A stretch of 64,000 nucleotides of DNA from an uncultured Candidatus Saccharibacteria bacterium (GTDB lineage: Bacteria > Patescibacteriota > Minisyncoccia > Phycocordibacterales > Phycocordibacteraceae), in the NCBI GenBank assembly GCA_964507275.1, contig CAZDPG010000001.1:86503-150502 (forward strand), given 5' to 3'. Shown here in pieces: positions 55,774-64,000 of this stretch. Below the pieces are notes generated by a model, which was given only the letters and a program-made list of their open reading frames with translations, ran no database searches and was not told the DNA's origin. Position 1 is the stretch's first letter, and each line of letters begins with the position of its first letter. The translations under genes and the position numbers were made by a program.

Positions 55774-55807
55774 AAAACATCCGCGCAGTGCGCGGATGTT
55801 TTCTTTT
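55774..55807. terminator. bidirectional intrinsic terminator after RRM-protein gene
   Basis: AAAACATCCGCGCA-GT-GCGCGGATGTTTT is a perfect palindrome, followed by CTTTT. Confidence 0.65.
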
Positions 55808-55823
55808 CGGAACGTGCTATCGA

Positions 55824-56192
55824 TTAGTAGCCACCGCGGCCGTAGCCGCCCTGTGCGCCACCACCGAAGCCGCCGCGATCACCGCCGCCGAAACCGCCTT
55901 CGCGGCGAGGAGGACGATCACCCTGTGGGCGAGCGAAAGAAACGGAGAGCGTGCGCCCGTCCATCTCCTTGCCATCCCAACGGTCGATAGCTGCCTGAGC
56001 TTCCGCCTCGGTAGCCATCTCGACGAAGCCGAAGCCGCGTGAGCGGCCCGTCATACGGTCGCTAATGATGCTGGCAGAAGCGACATTACCGGCCTCGCTA
56101 AAGGCCTTCTTGAGATCGTCTTCTGTCGAGCGATAGGGAATGCCGCCTACGTAGAGCTTGTTTCCCTGAACTGATGCCTGCTGATTATCCAT
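55824..56192 (-). CDS. RRM-type glycine-rich RNA-binding protein
   Basis: RNP2 LYVGGI, RNP1 RGFGFVEM and a C-terminal GGFGGG/RGG-type tail. Confidence 0.85.
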   Translation of the reverse strand: MDNQQASVQGNKLYVGGIPYRSTEDDLKKAFSEAGNVASASIISDRMTGRSRGFGFVEMATEAEAQAAIDRWDGKEMDGRTLSVSFARPQGDRPPRREGGFGGGDRGGFGGGAQGGYGRGGY

Positions 56193-56462
56193 GTGTAGAT
56201 CTAAACCGGTTAATCTCGCCGAAACTGAACACGTGCCGTCTTTTTATGAGAGCGGAGCGAAGCTCGAATACTCTGCGAGTAAAAAACAGTATGCCAGAAA
56301 TCTGTAAAAGGCGCAAGGTAGCTGGGGATAACCGGTAAAGAGTCTTGATTATTTTATAAAAAGATGTATTCTTCAAAAGTCGTATGCCACCTGCCGAGTG
56401 CAGAGAGCCATCGACAAAGGGGAAGTTCTTTCAGAAACGAAAAAGAGAAGGACGTGAGCGCC

Positions 56463-56774
56463 ATGGCAAACATAGATGCAGATGAAGCACCTGATGTGAA
56501 CGAACGTGTCGGCTTTGCGCCGATTCATGACAAGGTTTCCACCGAGGAAGTCGTGGGTATCGAAGTCGCGAGCGATGAAGCTGGCGACGATGACGAACAC
56601 CACCAGCCTTCCTATGGCGGGTTTCCGGAAATCCTGAGAACCAATCTGTTCAACGGCCCGATGATCCGCAGTCGCGACGATGCGCGGTATGACATGCTCA
56701 TGTCGGCTTCGACGGCGCGGGGTGCTCAGGTCGTGCGGGGCGGTCTTCGCGCCTCTGGGCGAATACGTTTCTGA
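56463..56774 (+). CDS. acidic hypothetical protein (about 103 aa)
   Basis: Start set at MANIDADEAP. Asp/Glu-rich product. Has its own terminator. Weak RBS. Confidence 0.35.
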   Translation: MANIDADEAPDVNERVGFAPIHDKVSTEEVVGIEVASDEAGDDDEHHQPSYGGFPEILRTNLFNGPMIRSRDDARYDMLMSASTARGAQVVRGGLRASGRIRF

Positions 56775-56795
56775 CCTTTTTCGCAGCGCAAAAGG

Positions 56796-56836
56796 GCGTC
56801 CGGTTCACCGGGCGCTTTTTTATTTCCCGCCGCCCT
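56796..56836 (+). terminator. intrinsic terminator
   Basis: GGGCGTCCGG-TTCA-CCGGGCGCTT imperfect stem, followed by TTTTTTATTT. Confidence 0.5.
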
Positions 56837-56945
56837 GGCGTACTACTGCGCAGAGGTGTTGACAAGAGGGGTGGACAGGTAGACGATTGTACTATCCACT
56901 GGCGGGGGCCAGCGAGATTATTAGCTCGCGATAATTCCAAAACCC

Positions 56946-59900
56946 ATGAACAACGCCTTTCGTGTGTCTGTTCCCGTCCTCTCTCTGATTTTTGCGTTCG
57001 GAGTTTCTGCTCCAGTTGCGTTTGCTTCGACCTTCTTTGTCGACGCGACGGCCGTAGGTGCAAATGATGGCTCATCTCCATCAGATGCTTTTACAACCAT
57101 TCCTGCAGCCGTCGCTGCTGCGCAGACCGCTGGCGATATTATTAGTATTGCGGATGGAACGTACACGCTCTCCAGCACTTTGGACGTCACACAAGGCGTC
57201 ACGATTGAAGGGGCAAGTGAGAGCGGTACTATTATTGACGCGAGTTCCGTCAATGGTTATGGCATTGCTCCTCATAATGCAGAAGGAGTTGTTCTTCAAA
57301 ACTTCACACTCGCTGGCCCCACAGCGAACTCAAGCGGCAAGTATGGCATTAAGGCGTACGATCTCACCAGCTTCACCATCCGTAATGTAACCGTGCATGG
57401 GTCTGGAAGATCAGAAATTGATCTTAATCGTGTTACAGGCGCTAGTTTAATTGAGAACGTTACTGCCAATGGAGAAGACACTGCAGGTGTCGGCGTCGCT
57501 CTTAGTAATTCGAGTGGGGTGACGCTTCGCAATATAACCACTCTCGGGAACACATGGGGAAGCGTTGGTCTCTATGACACGACTTCTGGCCCTACTACCA
57601 ATATCGTATTCGAGGGTACTAATTCTTTCGGGGAGACAGACTACGTCATTTATATTGATGCCGAGTATGGTTTCGGAGTCTCAAATATCACCCTTCCTCC
57701 GGGTTTTGGCTGGGCGGTGCGCAATACGGTCTTTCGTGCTGGTCGGAGTGATGACTTCACTCTCTTCCAATCTTCAAAGGATGCCGCTGTTGCCACTGCG
57801 CTTTCTCTCCAAACCTCACCATATTCGGTGAACACTGCGTCCTATGTTCAGACAGTCGCGCCGGATGGCTCCCTCGAGAATAGCTTCGTCGTGGGAGAAG
57901 GTATGAGTGTTCAAACTGCGGTCACAGCCGCAGCTCCCGGAGGTACGATTAATGTCGCTGCGGGGACATATATTGAACAGGTAACGATAGTTAAGGACCT
58001 AACAGTAACCGGTGTCGGTGACACGACGATTATTCAATCGCCCAATACCCTTACTACAACGTTCTCGGACTCGAGTAGCAATACAATGAAGCCGATTATA
58101 ACTGTGAGTGGGGCCACAGTAGCCCTCTCGCGGCTTAAAGTAGACGGGCTCGGCAAAGGCAATTCGAACAATCGTTTTGTCGGTATTGGTTTCTTCAATG
58201 CTGGCGGCTCTGTTAACAACACGACAGTGACCGGTGTGCGCAACACACCACTCGATGGTGTTCAACATGGTGTCGGTGTTTATGCGTATAACGCGGACGC
58301 GAATGTTCGTACGCTTACCGTCTCAACAAGTAATGTTAACGATTATCAGAAGAACGCAATGGTGTTCACGGGTGCAGGATTGACTGTTAACGTTAACGGA
58401 AATACCACAACTGGTGCTGGCGCACAAACGATGACTGCACAGAACGGCATCCAATTGGGTACCGGAGTAACAGGCACAGTACAAAATAATATTGTAAGTG
58501 GTAATCTATGCAGTCATTCAAGTTGCGGTAGTGATTGGTACACAAAGACGCAATCTGTAGGGATTATGCTCTACAATGCCGCAGGTCCGGTAACAATTTC
58601 TGGCAACCAAATATCGACCTCCGATATGGGAATCTACGACCAGCACACGATTGGGACTGTTACCATTCAGGATAACGTTCTAGTAAACAATCGTTACTTC
58701 GGTGTCTTGCTTGCAGCAGGAGATGTCTATATCAACAGGGGCTCGATTTCGGGTAGTAACATCGGCGTCATGAATCCTTCGGATCGTACCGCTTCAGTTT
58801 CTGATCCGATGGTGAGAAATATGAACTTGGGTGACAGTACCATTGGTGTCCAGAATGACGCTTCGTATGTTGTTGATGCCGTTAACAACTGGTGGGGGAC
58901 AGCGAGTTCGATGGAAATTTCTGCAAAGATTTTTGGTTCTGGGACCGTTACCTTTGATCCGTGGTACACCAGTGCGGCTATGACAACGCTCTCGGATGGC
59001 GCTGCGACCAATGCGACGTATACCTCTACGACTGCAGGCGAGGTTGATATGCCAACAGGAGCGACCGATGTCGTCCTCACCGACACGACAGTGATGAATC
59101 TTTCTGCTGGATTGGTGAGTGACTCAGTCACTTTGCAATCAGGAGTAGATACGCAGCCAGTCGTCCTGACGAATTCAAGCCTCGCTGGCGTTAGCGCGAG
59201 CATCCCTGACGGGACGACAATCACTGGGCCAAGCGGCTGGGACGGCATATTAACACCTCCGGTCTCCGTCACGTCAAGCGGCAATGCTCCAGCAGGATTC
59301 AGTGTCGAAGGTACTGTTGTTAACATCGGGAGTTCTCTCGGTACGCTCTTGTTCGGTAGTCCCGTAACGGTATTCCTACCGAACGTCACAGGGACGGTTG
59401 GATACAAGGCCGCCGGCTCAAGTTCCTGGAACACAATCGCTGCCTGCGCGGGTAATTATGATAATCCCACGAGCCCAACATCCCCAGGTGAATGCTCAGT
59501 AACCAACGGCACACACACGAAGATTCTCACGTACCACTTCACGACATTCGGTGGTCTTAATCCGGCAACCCCGGTCATCACACCGAACGGTGTTGTCTTC
59601 AGCGGTTCGGTTGATGTGGAGATGAATGTTGTGGCGGGCACAGATATTCACTACACGATAGGCGGCGCGACGCCGACCTGCAGCTCCACGCCCTATTCGA
59701 GCACACTCACATTCCACAGCCCGACAGTGCTGAAGGCAGTGCGCTGCGACGGAACAAAGGTCTCGGAAGTAGCGACGGCGACGTTTGTCCTCGTGTCGAA
59801 CTCAGGCGGTGGCGGTGGCGGCAGCAGTGTCGTTGTAGCTACACCAGCAACACCTGCGACACCGGCAACGCCGACTGTGACACCAGCTACGCCTGCAACC

Positions 59901-60311
59901 CCAGCCACACCGGCAACTCCAGCGCGAGGCCGGGTGCTCGGTGCAGCGACGTTCAACTTCGCCAAGAACCTCATGCTCGGATCACGCGGGGCGGATGTCA
60001 CCGCGCTCCAGCAGTACTTGATTGATTCCGGCTATGCGCTACCAGCTGGCGCAACGGGTTACTTTGGTGCCCAGACGAAAGCAGCGGTCATAGCGTTCCA
60101 GAAGGCACGCGGTATCGCCCAGGTTGGCTCAGTCGGTCCGCTCACGCGTGCCGAGCTCAACAAGGGTGTCATCGCTACGACTCCTGAGACATCAGCTCCG
60201 TCTTCTTCTAGTCTTACGGTCTCGCAAGTGAACTCAGTCATCTCGCTCCTCACCGCATTCGGCGTGGACCAGACGACTATCGACAGTGTGCGCGCGACGC
60301 TCACGAAGTAA
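56946..60311 (+). CDS. large secreted right-handed beta-helix protein with TPA-repeat linker and C-terminal peptidoglycan-binding domain
   Basis: Signal peptide MNNAFRVSVPVLSLIFAFGVSAPVAFA. Many about 22-aa PbH1-like repeats (NxTxxG...). A fn3/Chb-hex-C-like module is present. Poly-Gly then (TPA)n at about 59820-59925. PG_binding_1-like C-terminus (LQQYLIDSGYALPAGATGYFGAQTKAAVIAFQKARGI). Confidence 0.7.
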   Translation: MNNAFRVSVPVLSLIFAFGVSAPVAFASTFFVDATAVGANDGSSPSDAFTTIPAAVAAAQTAGDIISIADGTYTLSSTLDVTQGVTIEGASESGTIIDASSVNGYGIAPHNAEGVVLQNFTLAGPTANSSGKYGIKAYDLTSFTIRNVTVHGSGRSEIDLNRVTGASLIENVTANGEDTAGVGVALSNSSGVTLRNITTLGNTWGSVGLYDTTSGPTTNIVFEGTNSFGETDYVIYIDAEYGFGVSNITLPPGFGWAVRNTVFRAGRSDDFTLFQSSKDAAVATALSLQTSPYSVNTASYVQTVAPDGSLENSFVVGEGMSVQTAVTAAAPGGTINVAAGTYIEQVTIVKDLTVTGVGDTTIIQSPNTLTTTFSDSSSNTMKPIITVSGATVALSRLKVDGLGKGNSNNRFVGIGFFNAGGSVNNTTVTGVRNTPLDGVQHGVGVYAYNADANVRTLTVSTSNVNDYQKNAMVFTGAGLTVNVNGNTTTGAGAQTMTAQNGIQLGTGVTGTVQNNIVSGNLCSHSSCGSDWYTKTQSVGIMLYNAAGPVTISGNQISTSDMGIYDQHTIGTVTIQDNVLVNNRYFGVLLAAGDVYINRGSISGSNIGVMNPSDRTASVSDPMVRNMNLGDSTIGVQNDASYVVDAVNNWWGTASSMEISAKIFGSGTVTFDPWYTSAAMTTLSDGAATNATYTSTTAGEVDMPTGATDVVLTDTTVMNLSAGLVSDSVTLQSGVDTQPVVLTNSSLAGVSASIPDGTTITGPSGWDGILTPPVSVTSSGNAPAGFSVEGTVVNIGSSLGTLLFGSPVTVFLPNVTGTVGYKAAGSSSWNTIAACAGNYDNPTSPTSPGECSVTNGTHTKILTYHFTTFGGLNPATPVITPNGVVFSGSVDVEMNVVAGTDIHYTIGGATPTCSSTPYSSTLTFHSPTVLKAVRCDGTKVSEVATATFVLVSNSGGGGGGSSVVVATPATPATPATPTVTPATPATPATPATPARGRVLGAATFNFAKNLMLGSRGADVTALQQYLIDSGYALPAGATGYFGAQTKAAVIAFQKARGIAQVGSVGPLTRAELNKGVIATTPETSAPSSSSLTVSQVNSVISLLTAFGVDQTTIDSVRATLTK

Positions 60312-60378
60312 GCCTTTCACAGGGCAGTAGACAACCCCCAGCCGTTCCTGGCAGGGGGTTGTTTGTTTGTGAGATTCG

Positions 60379-61380
60379 TTGTATTGTAATCTGACCATGG
60401 GAAACCCTCGCAAGCCGTTCCTGCACCATCTCCACGACTATTTCTTCCCGCATTCACGCAATAATTATCGCCCACATCTTTTCAGCGGCATATCGGTTGC
60501 GGTGCTTGTCATCGCTATTATCCTGCTCGAAGGCGCCTATCTCGTGCAGACGAAATTCGTCTTCCTGGAGACTGATTTCCTCGCGTCCGTATTGCCAGGT
60601 GCGCTCGTAGCGCTCACGAACGAGGATCGAGAGATGCACGGGCTCGCGGGCGTCACTGAAGACGCCGTGCTGAGCCGTGCTGCACAAGCCGCTGCGGAAG
60701 ACATGGCAGCGAACGGTTATTTCGCCCACGTATCGCCGGATGGGAAGACACCGTGGTATTGGCTGGAGCAGGTCGGCTACCGATACAGCTATGCGGGAGA
60801 GAATCTCGCCGTGAACTTCACCGACTCGGTGGATGTCGAATCAGCGTGGATGGAGTCGCCGACGCATCGTGCGAATATTGTGAAGCCGCAGTACACGCAT
60901 GTCGGATTCGGTACAGCGCACGGCATGTACGAAGGACAGGAGACTACGTTTGTCGTGGAGTTCTTTGCGACACCCTCTACGACAGTCGAGGTTAGCGCTG
61001 CGCCCGTCGCTCTCGCGATAGACGTTGTGACCGAGACTACGACGTCTACCACTTCGACACAGGTGCTCGGCACGCAGTCTGCGAGTATTGCCGCAGCCGC
61101 GGCACCGGCTGTCTCTCATACACCAAGCTGGCTCGCTCGCGTGCTCGCTTCGCCTTTGAATACACTTCTAGCAATCCTTTCGGTTCTTCTAGCTATCATC
61201 GTCATCGCATTCACGATTGCCATGCTTATGCGAGCGCAGCACCCGAGCGTGATTGTCGGCGGCGCATTACTGGTCGCGCTCATCGGGACATCGATGCTCC
61301 TCAGTTCAGACCTCGCTGGCTCTGTGGAGCTCGTCCCTGACGCGCAGTCTGCTGCCGTCGGTGCAGCGTTTTATCAATAA
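60379..61380 (+). CDS. membrane-anchored CAP/SCP-domain protein (YkwD-like)
   Basis: CAP signature HRANIVKPQYTHVGFG plus GYFAHVSPDG. N-terminal TM, then a C-terminal Thr-rich linker and two TM helices. Confidence 0.65.
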   Translation: MYCNLTMGNPRKPFLHHLHDYFFPHSRNNYRPHLFSGISVAVLVIAIILLEGAYLVQTKFVFLETDFLASVLPGALVALTNEDREMHGLAGVTEDAVLSRAAQAAAEDMAANGYFAHVSPDGKTPWYWLEQVGYRYSYAGENLAVNFTDSVDVESAWMESPTHRANIVKPQYTHVGFGTAHGMYEGQETTFVVEFFATPSTTVEVSAAPVALAIDVVTETTTSTTSTQVLGTQSASIAAAAAPAVSHTPSWLARVLASPLNTLLAILSVLLAIIVIAFTIAMLMRAQHPSVIVGGALLVALIGTSMLLSSDLAGSVELVPDAQSAAVGAAFYQ

Positions 61381-61465
61381 ACTACTGGCTTATGAAACGC
61401 ATCTTCGCCCTCATCATCGTCATCCTGCTCGCCCTCGGCATGGTCGGGATGCTTTTCTAATCCGA

Positions 61466-63136
61466 TTACGGCTTTGCTGACGTGTGGACGAGGTCTCGTT
61501 TGATGTCCTCAAACGTACCGCCGACTTTTTTCCCGGGATTGAATACGTTCAAGGGGTCGAACACGTTCTTCGTCTTCTGGAAGAGATTAACCATTTCTTT
61601 TCCGAAGAGCATCGGGAGGTACGGCGTGCGGATGATGCCATCGTTGTGTTCACCGGTGGTGGTGCCGCCCTCGGCTATGACGAGCTCGTACACTTTCGGT
61701 GCGAGGTCGAATATGACCTGCCGATTCTCCTCTTTAGATAGGTCCATGAGCGGGATGATATGGAGATTCCCGTCGCCGATGTGGCCTGCGACGGTGTATA
61801 TGAAGTGCGACTCGTATTCGGCAAGAAGGGCATTCAGTTTCGGCAAGAAGTCCGGATATGAGGCGGGTGGTACGACGAAGTCGTCGATGAACGGGGCAGT
61901 GGAGAGGCCATGGAAGTTCTTGCGCAGGAGCGCGAAGCTCTCTCTCCGGACGATCCAGTATTTCTCCGATTCCTTCTCGTCCTTCTCTACTTTTGTCTGC
62001 AGGTGGAGGTCGGCAAGTGCGGCATGTGCTTCCGTTGCCCGCCGCAGAGCTTCCTCATGGGTTGCTTCAGCGAATTCCGCCATGAGGATGAGCTTGGGTA
62101 CGCCGCCGGTGGCGACCATGAGCGCTTCGGGGATGAAGCTCATACCGAGCCGGAAAGCTTTCAGGAGGCCCATCTGCTTCAGCAAATCGGGGAGCAGCTT
62201 TATCGCGAGCGTGAGCGTGTGATCGTCGTAGCTCTCGAACGACTCCGGTTCTTCCTCCAGAACACGCTGTACGACTTCAGGCAGTATCTCAAGGTCGGAG
62301 AGGAAGATGACGAGCATTGCACGATGCTCTTTGGGTGTGACGAGTGAGAGCTTTGCTTTCGTCCAGAGCGCGAGCGTGCCCTGCGAGCCGCAGATGAGTT
62401 TAGCGAGGTTGAATACACCGGTCTGGGAATCGCGGACACTCCAGAGCGCGTACCCGGCAGAGTTCTTCGATACCTTCGGCCGGTGCTCTTCGATGAGCTT
62501 CTTATTCTCCGAGAGGAGTGCATCCATCTCGCGATAGATTGAGCCTTCAAGCGTTCCGAGCTTCTTCTTTTCTTCGAGCTCCGCTCTCGTGAGCGGACCG
62601 AAGTTCACTTGCGAGCCGTCAGAGAGCACGACGTCGACCGAGTCGATATACTTCTCGGTCTTGCCGTATTTGAGCGTGCGTTCGCCGCCAGAATTGTTCG
62701 ATATGATGCCGCCCATCGCGGCGATATTGCGGCTGGCGGGATAGGAGGGAAGCAGGAGACCTTTCTCAAGAGTCGCTTTCTCGAAGTCGCGATAGAAGAC
62801 GCCCGGCTCGGTGACGGCGTAGTCGCTGCCGACCTCACCCATATGATTCATGTGTTTCGTGAACGACATGACGATGCTCGTGGTGAGCGGGCCGCCGGAC
62901 ATATCGGTGCCACCAGCGCGCGCAGTGAGCGATACGTCCGCTCCTGTCTCGCGGGCGTGGGCCACCTCTTTCACTATCGCGCTCACGTCATCTCTATCCT
63001 GCGGATACACGATGAGCTCCGGCATACGGGCGAAGAGAGACGTGTCGCGCGACGCGATGCGTCGATCTTTTCCATTGCTCGTCACTTCGCCCTTCATCAC
63101 TCCTGCAAGCGTTTTCTTCAAATCATCGGTAGTCAT
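61466..63136 (-). CDS. FAD-linked oxidoreductase (GlcD / D-lactate dehydrogenase family)
   Basis: FAD_binding_4 motif RAGGTDMSGGPL in the N-terminal PCMH domain, plus a C-terminal FAD-oxidase domain. Start set at MTTDDLKK. The track start is a TTG. Confidence 0.75.
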   Translation of the reverse strand: MTTDDLKKTLAGVMKGEVTSNGKDRRIASRDTSLFARMPELIVYPQDRDDVSAIVKEVAHARETGADVSLTARAGGTDMSGGPLTTSIVMSFTKHMNHMGEVGSDYAVTEPGVFYRDFEKATLEKGLLLPSYPASRNIAAMGGIISNNSGGERTLKYGKTEKYIDSVDVVLSDGSQVNFGPLTRAELEEKKKLGTLEGSIYREMDALLSENKKLIEEHRPKVSKNSAGYALWSVRDSQTGVFNLAKLICGSQGTLALWTKAKLSLVTPKEHRAMLVIFLSDLEILPEVVQRVLEEEPESFESYDDHTLTLAIKLLPDLLKQMGLLKAFRLGMSFIPEALMVATGGVPKLILMAEFAEATHEEALRRATEAHAALADLHLQTKVEKDEKESEKYWIVRRESFALLRKNFHGLSTAPFIDDFVVPPASYPDFLPKLNALLAEYESHFIYTVAGHIGDGNLHIIPLMDLSKEENRQVIFDLAPKVYELVIAEGGTTTGEHNDGIIRTPYLPMLFGKEMVNLFQKTKNVFDPLNVFNPGKKVGGTFEDIKRDLVHTSAKP

Positions 63137-63183
63137 GGGGATAGTATACTCGCTCTTCGCCTGTCGGTGGTATGTTGAAATCA

Positions 63184-64000
63184 ATGCGCATCCTTGTCGG
63201 GGCGGTTGTGATGCTTTTTATGAGCACTCCACTCATTGGCCATGCCGCTGTGCCTGAGCCATTCACGTATTCTTCGCGTCTCATAGGGATGAGACAGATT
63301 CCAGGAACCCTAGGTGCGGTTACTACTGCCGTACGAACTGGCGATGCTCCGACACTTCAGGTGTACGTGCATAGCGACAACGGTGCACCATCTGTTTCGG
63401 CTGATCTTTCGGATTTCGGGCTTTCTAGCTCGGCTACAACCACAGGGACCTGGCTTGGGTATGGTGCCCTGTATTATCCCGCTTATTTCTACAACTTCGG
63501 CCCGCTTCCTATAATCGCTGATATCCCAGACGGCGTTCACAGTGTTTCAATCATCGCGACCAGCGCCACAGGGAGCGTACACGCATCGACCACGAGTATC
63601 GTCGTCGATAATGCATTACCAACCGTGATCCTTTCAGACATCACGTTCTCGGCTACTCCGCCCCATCATGGCGATTTTATGTATCTTTCAGGCTCATTAG
63701 ATGGGACTGGGAGCGCCGCAAAAGCATCGCAGGTGATGGTGTATCTTTCTGACGTGAGTGGTAATCCGGTAGTGAGCCCTGTCTTGGGAGGGTCGGCCTT
63801 TGGTCTCGATCCGAAGAGTATCAACGATGCTCTTGCTACGTCGACCAGCGGATTGTTCTCGAACGTGCCGATTAGGCTCAGTACCTACGGCGATCCGGAG
63901 CTTATCTCGCGCGCTACGAACTTCACGGTCGAGCTCGTCGTCTACGACGAAGCAGGGAATTTCGGCACGACACGGCTGACCGTGCCTGTTCCGAAACCGC
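63184..64000 (+). CDS. secreted Ig-like/surface protein, 3-prime partial (runs off window)
   Basis: ATG 63184, signal peptide MRILVGAVVMLFMSTPLIGHA, then a Ser/Thr-rich beta-rich sequence. No stop before nt 64000. Confidence 0.45.
   Translation, partial: MRILVGAVVMLFMSTPLIGHAAVPEPFTYSSRLIGMRQIPGTLGAVTTAVRTGDAPTLQVYVHSDNGAPSVSADLSDFGLSSSATTTGTWLGYGALYYPAYFYNFGPLPIIADIPDGVHSVSIIATSATGSVHASTTSIVVDNALPTVILSDITFSATPPHHGDFMYLSGSLDGTGSAAKASQVMVYLSDVSGNPVVSPVLGGSAFGLDPKSINDALATSTSGLFSNVPIRLSTYGDPELISRATNFTVELVVYDEAGNFGTTRLTVPVPKP

Noticed and set aside
61392-61460. 22-codon hydrophobic peptide ORF (MKRIFALIIVILLALGMVGMLF) between the CAP-domain gene and the FAD oxidase gene.
   Set aside because: No Shine-Dalgarno, and too short to assess. 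Possibly a real membrane micro-protein, but unsupported.

Overview
This is a 64-kb window from a GC-rich bacterial chromosome that uses the standard genetic code (TGA, TAA and TAG all terminate recognisable genes). It is dominated by core information-processing genes: rpmE, prfA, rpsB, tsf, a tRNA-Thr(UGU), pheS-pheT, gyrB, thrS, dnaE, rnhB, rpmF, a nusB-Nudix fusion, rnc, a short smc, rnr, rpsP-KH-trmD, rpoB-rpoC, dnaG-rpoD, a UvrD-type helicase-nuclease, hisS and prmC. Many of these are domain-minimised: ThrRS lacks the N-terminal editing module, PheS is 245 aa, PheT is 604 aa, EF-Ts is 195 aa and SMC is a hinge-less 732 aa. I associate this pattern with reduced genomes such as CPR/Patescibacteria; that is inference, not proof. 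The accessory content is envelope-oriented. The best candidate for a novel system is a translationally coupled three-gene operon on the minus strand at 1471-5869 with a PaaK/CapK-like adenylate-forming enzyme followed by two tandem Lnt-like N-acyltransferase paralogs. The other envelope loci are a sortase locus with a Pro-rich surface protein carrying an internal sorting-signal-like motif, a GT2 processive synthase paired with a thioredoxin-like membrane protein, and a 1121-aa beta-helix protein with a peptidoglycan-binding domain next to a CAP-domain protein. Other oddities: a 21-bp perfect inverted repeat upstream of an orphan hypothetical gene, an orphan promoter-to-terminator unit that may be a small RNA, a lysine-rich tail on RpoD, and tail extensions on S16 and L32. 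I saw no rRNA, CRISPR array, transposase or integrase. Many long ORFs in the six-frame track are antisense to real genes and are GC artefacts.
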